Below are positions 45,870 through 55,046 of a DNA stretch of 64,000 nt, piece after piece; the first letter of the stretch is position 1, and each line of letters opens with the position of its first letter. Source of the stretch: Candidatus Babeliales bacterium (GTDB lineage: Bacteria > Babelota > Babeliae > Babelales > RVW-14); the NCBI GenBank assembly GCA_041671765.1, contig JBAZAX010000005.1, positions 2,260 to 66,259 of the forward strand. The letters run 5' to 3'. The position numbers and the translations under genes are program-made. The notes under the pieces were generated by a model, which worked only from the letters and a program-made list of their open reading frames with translations, ran no database searches and was not told where the DNA came from.

Positions 45870-46532
45870 ATGAAAAAAGATACATCGGATAATAAACTAT
45901 CGGACGTAAAATTATCGTATTTAAAAAATTTTATACAAGGCCAATCAATTTTAGATGTCGGCTCCGGACAGTGTTTTTATAGCCAGTGGCTACATCAACG
46001 AGATTCTAATTTTAATATTACTGCAGTTGATTGTGTTGATTTAGAGCAAACGCCCTCTCATATTGGGTATCTAAAACTAAATTTAGAATCAACCTTTCCT
46101 TTTCAAGATCAATCATTTGATACAATAATAGCATTCGACGTAATTGAACACATTGAAAACGAAACTCAATTAATAAATGAATTAAACAGAGTATGTAAAA
46201 ATGACGGCATAATAATAGGCAGTGTTCCACACGACAATGACAAATTTTTACCTGATTATAACCTAACGTTTTATCATCGTTCTGATTTGACACATAAAAG
46301 ATATTATTTGCCGGAGACACTTTATTCAAAATTATGCGCTGCCGGATTTGATATAAAAACAGTTGAACTGCACGGAGGTATCAATCCTCAAGTTATTGCA
46401 GAATTTTTCCCAAAACATACACGCTTTTTAATAAAAAAAATTATCGGAATGTTCAGAAGAATGGGACTCATAAATATAGAAATTTTAAAATCTGATCTGT
46501 TTTTTGTTGCAAAAAAGGTGATAAATGATTAG
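45870..46532 (+). CDS. class I SAM-dependent methyltransferase
   Basis: ILDVGSGQCFYSQWL, FDTIIAFDVIEHI. Confidence 0.8.
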   Translation: MKKDTSDNKLSDVKLSYLKNFIQGQSILDVGSGQCFYSQWLHQRDSNFNITAVDCVDLEQTPSHIGYLKLNLESTFPFQDQSFDTIIAFDVIEHIENETQLINELNRVCKNDGIIIGSVPHDNDKFLPDYNLTFYHRSDLTHKRYYLPETLYSKLCAAGFDIKTVELHGGINPQVIAEFFPKHTRFLIKKIIGMFRRMGLINIEILKSDLFFVAKKVIND

Positions 46533-47841
46533 TCAACGAGAATTTCAAGGAAATGGCCTTGGAAAAGACAATTTAATCAAAAAACCAAAAATCGCAATTC
46601 TTTCTTTAAAAAATAGCTATGGATATGGTGGGGTTCTGTCCTCACTGAAAGTAGCACACGATTTTTGTCAAAAGTACTTCGATCCCACCGTGTTTTTTCT
46701 TGGATTCGAGCCTACTATTTCAACAAGTTTGAAAAATCTAAAATTCACCTCCAATGTACAAACTTTAAATTATTTTGGAATGAAGTGCATTGAAATCGGC
46801 TCAAGATGGGCATTTTGGGAACCTGGTCATTACAAATTTAATTTGAAATTCTGGGAAAAACAACTCGAAGAATATGATTACTTTTTGGCTGTCAGCGGAA
46901 CATGCATCTGCGCACATCCGCTTGCACTTTTAAATAAAAAATTTGGAATGCTAATCTCCACTCCCTATAATGATGACAGGGCAAGACGTGTTGATGAGCT
47001 CCACGGAATAAGATATGTAATAGATAGAGTAGCCAATAAAAAAATGCAACTCATCGAGAAGCATATTCTTGAAAAATCTAATTTTATTTGGGCATTAAGT
47101 AATTATTCAAAAAAAGAATTTGAAAAAATCATACAAAAACCATCTTCTAACATTATGTGTTGTGGCCATCCAATTGACTGTAATCCATTACCAAAATTAA
47201 AAACAAAAGATGAGAATATTATTATAGCGGTTGGCAGATTTAGCGACCCAAGAAAAAATATTGATATGCTTCTGCGAGCATTTAGCAAAATATGCAGATC
47301 TATGCCAAATGCAAAATTGTATGTAGTCGGCAAAACACCTGAACACAACCGAATCAAAGAATTCATCAAATTGCCTTTTTTCCAAAATGTAATATTCACA
47401 GGACAAGTGAGTGCAAGCGATCTTGAATCTCTTTACCAAAGAGCCTCACTTATGCTTATTACATCATATCAGGAAGGATTTGGCATTGTTGGGCTGGAAG
47501 CACTTTTACATGGAATTCCAATTGTAGCAACAAATTGCGGCGGACCGGCAGATTATGTAATTAATGATTTTACCGGGTATCTTGTAGAAATAAATGACGA
47601 TGAAGAAATGGTAAAACAAGCCCTATCAATTCTTTCCAATAAAGAAAAACTTTGCCTAATGTCCTTAAATTCACAAAAATTTGCTTCAGAAAATTACTCT
47701 GTTGATAGAATTGAAAATTTTTTCAAGCTTGGTTTTACCAAAATTTACCCCGAACTAAAAAAAATATTTAATTTAATCGATAAAGACAAAAATTTTATCG
47801 TAACATCAAGCAATACTGAATTTAAAAATCACTCCTTATGA
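46525..47841 (+). CDS. family 4 glycosyltransferase
   Basis: LMLITSYQEGFGIVGLEALLHGIPIVATNCGG. 8-nt overlap with the upstream gene. Confidence 0.85.
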   Translation: MISQREFQGNGLGKDNLIKKPKIAILSLKNSYGYGGVLSSLKVAHDFCQKYFDPTVFFLGFEPTISTSLKNLKFTSNVQTLNYFGMKCIEIGSRWAFWEPGHYKFNLKFWEKQLEEYDYFLAVSGTCICAHPLALLNKKFGMLISTPYNDDRARRVDELHGIRYVIDRVANKKMQLIEKHILEKSNFIWALSNYSKKEFEKIIQKPSSNIMCCGHPIDCNPLPKLKTKDENIIIAVGRFSDPRKNIDMLLRAFSKICRSMPNAKLYVVGKTPEHNRIKEFIKLPFFQNVIFTGQVSASDLESLYQRASLMLITSYQEGFGIVGLEALLHGIPIVATNCGGPADYVINDFTGYLVEINDDEEMVKQALSILSNKEKLCLMSLNSQKFASENYSVDRIENFFKLGFTKIYPELKKIFNLIDKDKNFIVTSSNTEFKNHSL

Positions 47842-47987
47842 ATAATTTCAGTCTGAAATAAACCTCGTGCAAATAAATTGTGCGCCCGAGGTTTTCTCAC
47901 GAATTTTACAAAAATTTGTAACGTGTGGATTTTTACAATATCTTTAGAAATCAAATAATACGCTTATTTAGTTAAGAAAGGGTTTCT

Positions 47988-49631
47988 GTGAAAAATAAAA
48001 TATATCTGTTTGCTACGACAATACTGTCAATGTGCTTAATAAATTTAAACGCCGAAATTGGCGCAGAACAGATGCAAACTTATAAGCAGGAGAAATTATC
48101 CTGGGCCCAAATAAGCGAGCAAAGCAGAAGCGCTGTTGTGCAAATTTTTTCATACACAAAGGAACCTCACCATTTTGTAAGGTACAAAACCCCTGAAGAC
48201 GGTGGAGGATGCGGAACAGGCTTCATAATTAATCATGAAGGCGAGATTTTGACTAATTTTCACGTTGTTGATAAAGCTGTAAAAATATTTATTCAACATC
48301 CGGATTTATCAAAAGAAAGATTTGAAGTAGAATACGTGGGTGGCTGCCCAGAACAGGATATTGCCTTATTAAGATTAAAAAATGAGGACTGCTCAAAAAT
48401 AAAAAAACTGTTAAAAGTTGAAACCATTCCATATCTGGAAATCGGTAATTCTGATGAACTTGTAGAAGCTCAAAAGATTATGGCACTTGGATATCCACAA
48501 GGAAAAGAGACTGTTAAAAGTTCATGTGGTGGAGTTTCAGGCCGAGAAAGCACACATATCGGAGAATGCATTCAAACAACAACTCCTGTAAATCCCGGTA
48601 ATTCGGGCGGACCATTTTTGAATAAATTTGGCCAAGTTATCGGAATATGCGTTTTGAAACATGTTGGAACGGAAATTGAAGGAATTGCCTATCTGATTCC
48701 AATAAACAATGCAAAAAGACTGCTTCCTCAACTAAGAAAATCAAAAATAGTACGCAGGCCTTACTGGGGCATTTCATATCAACCAATTAATCAAGATTTG
48801 ATCGATTATTTAAAAATATCAGAACAAGACGGAGTACTAATAACAAAAATATATAAAAATTCATTATGCGAACAAGCAGGTCTGAAAAAAAATGACATTA
48901 TTTGCGCAATAAACAATGAAGCTGTCGACAGGTATGGCTACATTCACAAGCGTATATCTTTAATGGATTTTTTGAACACGCTTGAACTTGAAAGTACCGT
49001 AATTTTTGACATTTTGAGAGATAATAAACACATAAACATTGAATTTATCATAGAACAAGGCAACTCGTTCGAAATAAAAGAATATCATGAGGGATATGAA
49101 GAACTTCCCCCTTATGAGGTAATTGGCGGGTTGGTTATAACAGAACTGAATTTAAACCAAATTGAAATAGCCAAAGCCATACAGGCAAATTTATTGAAAT
49201 CCCGATATGCTGACTCAAGCCTTGCTGATATTTCAAGTTTCACAAAATATGAAAAACCACAAAATAGATTTGACTCAAAAGTTATAATTTCCTACATTAT
49301 TCCGGGATCAGAAATAGAAAATAGTCGATGTGTCAAAGAAATATATCAGGGAATAGGAATTCCCGCAGATCCAATAATAAAAAATATTAATGGAATAAAA
49401 GTCGCTAATCTTGATGATGCAAGAAACGCTATCTTGCAAACACAAAAATTTATGACAATAGAAACTACAGGCGGAAGTTTTATATCAATATCGCTTGAAA
49501 AACTCGTAACAGAAGATACAATTTTAAGCGAGCAGGAAGGGTTTGAGACGTCAAATTTAGTTGAAGCGCTTCTCGAAAAAACTGTTGTCAGCGATCAAAG
49601 CGAAAATAATTACATTCCTGAGACAAATTAA
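47988..49631 (+). CDS. secreted trypsin-like serine protease (HtrA/DegP-like) with PDZ-like region
   Basis: Signal peptide. Catalytic His (LTNFHVV), Asp (EQDIALLRL) and Ser (GNSGGP). GTG start. Confidence 0.8.
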   Translation: MKNKIYLFATTILSMCLINLNAEIGAEQMQTYKQEKLSWAQISEQSRSAVVQIFSYTKEPHHFVRYKTPEDGGGCGTGFIINHEGEILTNFHVVDKAVKIFIQHPDLSKERFEVEYVGGCPEQDIALLRLKNEDCSKIKKLLKVETIPYLEIGNSDELVEAQKIMALGYPQGKETVKSSCGGVSGRESTHIGECIQTTTPVNPGNSGGPFLNKFGQVIGICVLKHVGTEIEGIAYLIPINNAKRLLPQLRKSKIVRRPYWGISYQPINQDLIDYLKISEQDGVLITKIYKNSLCEQAGLKKNDIICAINNEAVDRYGYIHKRISLMDFLNTLELESTVIFDILRDNKHINIEFIIEQGNSFEIKEYHEGYEELPPYEVIGGLVITELNLNQIEIAKAIQANLLKSRYADSSLADISSFTKYEKPQNRFDSKVIISYIIPGSEIENSRCVKEIYQGIGIPADPIIKNINGIKVANLDDARNAILQTQKFMTIETTGGSFISISLEKLVTEDTILSEQEGFETSNLVEALLEKTVVSDQSENNYIPETN

Positions 49632-49650
49632 AAACTATGGAACAACAAAC

Positions 49651-50262
49651 ATGTCAAAAGAAATTGAAATCAAAATTAAATTGGAGATCAACCAGATAGA
49701 ACAATTAAGAGAATGGCTTATCCAAAATGCAAAATTCATGGATAAGCTGCAAATGATTGATTATTACCTGGATGATCCTAAAAAAAGTCTCTATAAAATT
49801 AGTCCGGCTGGATTCAAAGACCCCCTTGAATTTTGGCGTGTCAGACAAATTGATAATGTTTATTTCTTATGTAATAAAAAAAGAATTATTGATGAAAACG
49901 GTAGAACCGTAAGTGTTGAAGAAAATGAAGCTGTAACCCCAGAGGGCGAAGCGATAATACAAATTTTCAAAAAACGCGGGTTAACCGACCAGGTAATTAT
50001 TTATAAGACAAGAGAAATTTTTCAATATGAAGATTTTGAAATTGTTTTTGATAATGTTAAAAATTTAGGTGAATTTGTTGAAATTGAATTAAAATCGGAT
50101 GAGCAAGATCCTGTCCAAGGCAAAAAACTAATTTATGATTTGCTCAAAAAAATTGGGATTACGGAATTCACTCAGTTTGATCGCGGATATCTTTGTATGA
50201 TGTTGAATCCAAAATCTAGCTTCGGCGAAAAAGTAGAATTAAACAAAACAGGCCAGGATTAA
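49651..50262 (+). CDS. CYTH-domain protein (CyaB-type class IV adenylyl cyclase / triphosphatase family)
   Basis: N-terminal EIEIKIKL (ExExK) and C-terminal GEFVEIELK. ATG 49651 avoids an overlap with the protease gene. Confidence 0.75.
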   Translation: MSKEIEIKIKLEINQIEQLREWLIQNAKFMDKLQMIDYYLDDPKKSLYKISPAGFKDPLEFWRVRQIDNVYFLCNKKRIIDENGRTVSVEENEAVTPEGEAIIQIFKKRGLTDQVIIYKTREIFQYEDFEIVFDNVKNLGEFVEIELKSDEQDPVQGKKLIYDLLKKIGITEFTQFDRGYLCMMLNPKSSFGEKVELNKTGQD

Positions 50263-50275
50263 CTGGCCTGTTTTA
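50248..50275. terminator. bidirectional intrinsic terminator between the convergent CYTH and trxA genes
   Basis: ACAGGCCAG-gattaa-CTGGCCTGT followed by TTTT. The reverse strand is followed by TTTTGTTT. The CYTH stop codon lies in the loop. Confidence 0.75.
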
Positions 50276-50326
50276 TAAATTGTTTGGTAAAAATTACTCG
50301 AGTTAATCAAGCAAAAAATTTGTGTT

Positions 50327-50650
50327 TTATTTTTCGAAATAACTTTGAATTTTACTTTTCAAAGTATCTTTACTCATAAACCCGGTTTCTCTTCCAACCA
50401 CAACACCATCTTTAATAAATAGAAACGTTGGAATGGATGAAACGTTGTGTTTTACAGCAATCTCACGTTCTTCATCAATATTGACTTTGGCAAATTTGCA
50501 CTTGGTAAATAGCTCTGCTGCCACTTCATCCAAAACAGGCGCCATCATCTTACAAGGTCCACACCAAGTTGCATAAAAATCAACTACGACTGGCTGTACC
50601 GATTTCATAATTTCTTGTTCAAAATTTTGAGTTGTTGCTACCATAACCAT
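50327..50650 (-). CDS. trxA: thioredoxin
   Basis: 107 aa with the WCGPCK active site. Confidence 0.9.
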   Translation of the reverse strand: MVMVATTQNFEQEIMKSVQPVVVDFYATWCGPCKMMAPVLDEVAAELFTKCKFAKVNIDEEREIAVKHNVSSIPTFLFIKDGVVVGRETGFMSKDTLKSKIQSYFEK

Positions 50651-50738
50651 ATCAAAACTCCTCTTGATAAAAATGAGGACTAATCAAATAAACAAAATCT
50701 AGAGCTAGTATAGTAAATATGAGATAAAATTGCACCAG

Positions 50739-52907
50739 CTAATTCACTTGTCCGATATAATCAATAAAATCAGAGTACTGATCTTGTGCAATCTGCGGCT
50801 TTTCAACAGCAGTCCAGTCGCTTGTTTTTGGTTCAACAAGTCTGGAATACCGATTAAACCAAACCCCATTGTGATTATTCAAAATATTTTTTATCCATTC
50901 ATAAGATTTTTTATCCGTTATTTTTGAAAGCAATAAAACACTTGAGTGGGTTGCGTTTATTTTATTGTCATCAAACCATTTTTGGTGATTCAAATATTCT
51001 GCATTAAACGAAAAGAGATGAACCGGTTTCTCTGCCGCATTAAGCCCCTTGTATAAACCCTTGTAGAACCAGTTTATTAAAATATTTGGCATGTAACATG
51101 CAATGATGCAATTATTAATTTTCTTGTCAAAAGACTGCTTAAGATTAGAGCCTATTTCAACCGCTTGATTCTCAAGAAAATCAAAATATTTTGTAGCCAT
51201 TTTTTTATCAATCAGAAACTGTACCATCTCTGTAACTTTCATCTGCTGTGTTTTTAAATTATTTTTATGTAAAAATAAATTGAAATTACGGTTGTTAAAA
51301 CCCATAGTTGAAAAAAATGTTCCGGTTGTTTTTCGACAGTACATTTCAAGATCAATCATTATTCCTGAAATGGGAATTCCGTTACATATTTCGGGATTAT
51401 TCCACTGCTCTACCAACTTTTCAATTGGAACTTCTATTTCATTGTGCCAAAAATTCTGATCTATCGGATCAGGGATGTCATTGTATGTATTATCATATAC
51501 ATCATGGGCACAAGGTTTTGGCAAATTGGGCTCATAAATATTATTTGTTATTTCAAAACCAATTAAAATTTTTGGAACTGACTTGCCCAATGAATTCGAG
51601 GCCACTTTTAATTTTTTTGTAAATAAAGCAACAGCTTCCAGTAACGCTTTTTCTCTGCCACCTTTACGGGCAATTGGACTGTAAAACATATTTGGATTCA
51701 AGCTTATCCAAAGGGCATCAAGTTTAGATTTCATAATAAATTCAATTAATTTGTTCTGCTGCAGCGTTTGATTTGTAACTTGGCTGTCTTGTTGAGTTGA
51801 TGTAAGTTTTGCATCTAGCTGGATAGGTTCAAAAATATTTAATTCCATCCAAGCTGTTTTTCTCAAAGGATAGTTTTCATCTCTGTTTATTTTTCTGCCA
51901 AAATTTTCAATTGCATTATTAGTCTGCAATTGTGTTGATGTAACATTCAAAGCCTCTACAGATGGCATTTGATTAATCATATCTTTTATTCCAACCAACA
52001 TCTCTTTTCGTAAACTGAAATCACTTGGGCAGAAGTGAAAACTTTCCATAATCCCTGAAAAAGTAAGAATGGTTTGATTCGATATAAACACATGATTTTG
52101 CTTTATTGGATTAAACCAATAAATTCCGTATGGCATGGTATTTGCAACGGGATCCAGATATTGTTTTGTAACGGGAAGAACTTTTAAATATTCTGAAGAT
52201 TCTGTTAGCAGTTGATTTATTTTGGGTGAATAAAATCCTATTCCACCATGTGGCTGGCTCAGCGTGGTATGGTACTGTAACGGCCTACTTTCAGGCGGTC
52301 TTGTTAAAAATGCATTTGCCAAAGTGACAAAATTTTCAATTTTCTTATCGTCCGGCTTTTTTTGAGAAACAGTCAAAGTGTTATCTAAAACTTGAAAGCC
52401 CAACTCATTCGCTTGAACTCCCATAGGTTTAAAAATAGGCCCAAATTTTTCAACCAAATTTATTTGCGGATTAATATTAAGAGATGGGAATATTAGACCA
52501 ATAAGTTTATTTGGCTTTTGACAAAAATTGTTTAGCATCGTTAAAATTTTTTTGGAAACTGGCGACGTTTCTACCGATTTCAAAAACTCAATTCCTATTA
52601 TAAAAAATGCAGCTTGAGCCGCGGGGCTCAAGTCTTGTTCCTCCAGATCCATTACTTGATCAAATCCAATATACTTCACATCCCAGTTGGCCTCTTTCAA
52701 AATTTGAATAAATGGATCATATAAAAAACTTTCGCGATGCGTTGAATCTATTATTAAAAATTCTTTGTTTTTTGGTTTTGAGGCACTATCCGTTAAAACT
52801 ATATCTGTAGAGATACTGTCTAACGGTAGGATTTCTGCGTAAATATTTTTAATCACAAAAATCATGAAAACTAAAATAAATATTTTTGATCCATTAAAGC
52901 TTTTCAT
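50739..52907 (-). CDS. large secreted protein of unknown function
   Basis: ATG 52907 gives a signal peptide (MKSFNGSKIFILVFMIFVIKNIYA). About 720 aa with no motif recognised. Confidence 0.65.
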   Translation of the reverse strand: MKSFNGSKIFILVFMIFVIKNIYAEILPLDSISTDIVLTDSASKPKNKEFLIIDSTHRESFLYDPFIQILKEANWDVKYIGFDQVMDLEEQDLSPAAQAAFFIIGIEFLKSVETSPVSKKILTMLNNFCQKPNKLIGLIFPSLNINPQINLVEKFGPIFKPMGVQANELGFQVLDNTLTVSQKKPDDKKIENFVTLANAFLTRPPESRPLQYHTTLSQPHGGIGFYSPKINQLLTESSEYLKVLPVTKQYLDPVANTMPYGIYWFNPIKQNHVFISNQTILTFSGIMESFHFCPSDFSLRKEMLVGIKDMINQMPSVEALNVTSTQLQTNNAIENFGRKINRDENYPLRKTAWMELNIFEPIQLDAKLTSTQQDSQVTNQTLQQNKLIEFIMKSKLDALWISLNPNMFYSPIARKGGREKALLEAVALFTKKLKVASNSLGKSVPKILIGFEITNNIYEPNLPKPCAHDVYDNTYNDIPDPIDQNFWHNEIEVPIEKLVEQWNNPEICNGIPISGIMIDLEMYCRKTTGTFFSTMGFNNRNFNLFLHKNNLKTQQMKVTEMVQFLIDKKMATKYFDFLENQAVEIGSNLKQSFDKKINNCIIACYMPNILINWFYKGLYKGLNAAEKPVHLFSFNAEYLNHQKWFDDNKINATHSSVLLLSKITDKKSYEWIKNILNNHNGVWFNRYSRLVEPKTSDWTAVEKPQIAQDQYSDFIDYIGQVN

Positions 52908-53165
52908 CGCCCTGCCCTCTCCCTCAAAGACTGTCTCTCTATTATGTAAATTATTATTTGTCATCTTTCAATTACGATGTTATTAGATTTGATTACAAAT
53001 AGTCAATGAAACTATTTAATTTGGGATTTAGGCAAATGAAAAGCTCAAAATCTCTCTTTTTCTTAAATAAATCCTGTGATAACATGCTATGTAATTAGGG
53101 CCAGTTCAATAACTAGTTGTATTGTTGCTTAGATTTTTGTTCTAAATTCCCTTTGTTAAGCAGAT

Positions 53166-53193
53166 TTGTCATGCTCAACTCGTTTCAAATAGG
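53166..53193 (-). repeat. degenerate hairpin repeat copy (inverted relative to 53199-53234)
   Basis: The plus strand reads TTGTCATGCTCAACTCGTTTCAAATAGG. Compare TTGTCATCCTGAACTCGTTTCAGGATCC, the reverse complement of the 11082-11109 copy. Confidence 0.55.
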
Positions 53194-53198
53194 AACAA

Positions 53199-53234
53199 CT
53201 AATCCATGGATCCTGAAATAAATTCAGGATGACA
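53199..53234 (+). repeat. hairpin repeat, short form
   Basis: ctaatccatGGATCCTGAAataaaTTCAGGATGACA. Confidence 0.85.
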
Positions 53235-53351
53235 CAATTTTCACACAAGACTTTCAACTACGCGCTTGAAGCAATATGACGGACAGGTCTGCATACACGA
53301 CAAAAACACGATCACGGAATATAGTTATAAAAGAGAGATATATTAAAGGAG

Positions 53352-55046
53352 ATGTTCATGCGTTTTTCAAAATTCAAAACACTTGTTCTGTTAATTATTT
53401 TTATTTCTGCCGCTTGTTCAAAAGATAGCGATAATAAAAAAATTACAGAAAAAGATCCTATCATTCACTCAGCACATTTAACTGATGGATGGTACCCACA
53501 AAACGAAATTACACTCACTAGAACATTAAAAGAATATTTTACTCAGGCAAAAAAAGAATTTGGCTTTGTGATTGATCCGATGTCAGTCAAAGGTTTAATT
53601 GTACCACACGCGGGCATGTATTATTCAGGACTATGCGCAGCCGCAACTTATCAGTCATTATTGCTACCGAATGGAGAAAAAAACGATAAGTTTAAAAACG
53701 TTATAATCTTGGCACCTAGCCATACCACATTCGTCAACGGTGTTGCTTTACCTGATTATAGTACCTACAAAACAGTGCTTGGCGAAATAAAAATTGATAC
53801 AAATGCCATTAGAATTCTGAGTAAGTCCGAAATATTCACTGTCATGAAAGAGGCTCATGACAAAGAACATGCAATCGAAATTCAATTGCCATTTTTACAA
53901 GAAGTTTTAAATGATTTTAAAATTGTACCACTGATTGTAGGAAATTTAACAGAAGAAAATCTCGCTAAAGCAGTACAACAACTACAAAAAATTGTTGATG
54001 ATAAAACATTGATTATTGTAAGTTCTGATTTTACCCACCATGGGCAAGCTTATGATTATAAGCCATTCACTCGTGATACTTTGGCACAGGTTAGATACCT
54101 TGATTCAGTAGCAACTTATCTAATTGCAACTCACTCAGTACCAAATTTTGATAAATTTTTAAGAGACACAGGAGTTACAATTTGTGGAGCCAATCCAATA
54201 AGAATTTTAATGGGCCTTGTACACTTGCAATCCTTGGGACAAACTATAAATACACGCTTAGCCTGTTATTACACATCCGCACAACTTGCTAATGCTCGAT
54301 CCGGATTAAATAGAGAGATCCTGGATCAAGTCCAGGATGACAAAAACAACAATATTATAAATACAAAAAAATTATTAGAACCTGTTGAAGACAAACTTGT
54401 TGATAATAGCGTTAGCTACGCGGGTTTAATTTTAACGGATCAGAAAACGTCTGACTTAAACGATAAAGATCAATTTACTGAATTTGAAAAACAATCATTA
54501 TTACGTTTAGTTAGAGATAAAATAGAAAATGAGTTTAAACCGGAAGAGACCAAACTCCCAGATCATATTTTATACCCAATAATTACACCTGCCCTACAAA
54601 AGACTTGTGGTGCATTTGTAACGCTTAACACAAAACAGGGAAACTTACGCGGCTGCATTGGACGCATGATTTCTGACTTGTCGCTGTCCCAAGTGATTGG
54701 AGAAATGGCAGTTGCATGTGCTTTTCATGATGATCGTTTTTCACCGGTCAAAAAAGACGAACTTGAAAATATTGTTGTTGATATTACAATTCTTACAGAT
54801 CCACAAAAAGTTGAAAATTATCAAGACATTAAAATAGGCAGTGATGGTATAGTTCTTAAGAAAATTGGGAGTGATGGGCAAATTATTGCATCGTCAGTAT
54901 TTTTACCTCAAGTTCCGCCAAGCCTTGGCTGGGATTTACAAACAACGCTTGAACAGTTGAGCCAAAAGGCTGGATTAGGAAAACACGGGTGGAAAGAAAA
55001 CTGTGAGTTTGAAGTTTTCCAAGGTTTTGAAATTAAAGAAAATTAA
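53352..55046 (+). CDS. MEMO-like (AmmeMemoRadiSam protein B) / AMMECR1 (protein A) fusion with a lipoprotein-type signal
   Basis: N-terminal half: VPHAGMYYSG, APSH, HAIEIQLPF, SSDFTHHG, SVSYAG (MEMO family). C-terminal half: GAFVTLN...GNLRGCIG (AMMECR1). N-terminus is MRFSKFKTLVLLIIFISAAC. The second ATG at 53358 is better spaced from AAGGAG. Confidence 0.8.
   Translation: MFMRFSKFKTLVLLIIFISAACSKDSDNKKITEKDPIIHSAHLTDGWYPQNEITLTRTLKEYFTQAKKEFGFVIDPMSVKGLIVPHAGMYYSGLCAAATYQSLLLPNGEKNDKFKNVIILAPSHTTFVNGVALPDYSTYKTVLGEIKIDTNAIRILSKSEIFTVMKEAHDKEHAIEIQLPFLQEVLNDFKIVPLIVGNLTEENLAKAVQQLQKIVDDKTLIIVSSDFTHHGQAYDYKPFTRDTLAQVRYLDSVATYLIATHSVPNFDKFLRDTGVTICGANPIRILMGLVHLQSLGQTINTRLACYYTSAQLANARSGLNREILDQVQDDKNNNIINTKKLLEPVEDKLVDNSVSYAGLILTDQKTSDLNDKDQFTEFEKQSLLRLVRDKIENEFKPEETKLPDHILYPIITPALQKTCGAFVTLNTKQGNLRGCIGRMISDLSLSQVIGEMAVACAFHDDRFSPVKKDELENIVVDITILTDPQKVENYQDIKIGSDGIVLKKIGSDGQIIASSVFLPQVPPSLGWDLQTTLEQLSQKAGLGKHGWKENCEFEVFQGFEIKEN
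54316..54344 (+). repeat. hairpin repeat, short form, inside the MEMO-domain CDS (sense, in frame)
   Basis: AGATCCTGGatcaagTCCAGGATGACAA. The stem carries an A-T to G-C double change. Encodes ILDQVQDDK. Confidence 0.8.

Noticed and set aside
16984-47841. The glycan island as a horizontally acquired genomic or mobile island
   Set aside because: By eye its base composition matches the flanks. There is no integrase, transposase, flanking tRNA or flanking direct repeat. I therefore did not call it a mobile element; formal compositional analysis could revisit this.
47861-47893. Hairpin AACCTCG...CGAGGTT followed by TTT after the last GT4 gene
   Set aside because: The stem is only 7 bp with a 19-nt unstructured loop, which is too weak for a confident intrinsic terminator call.
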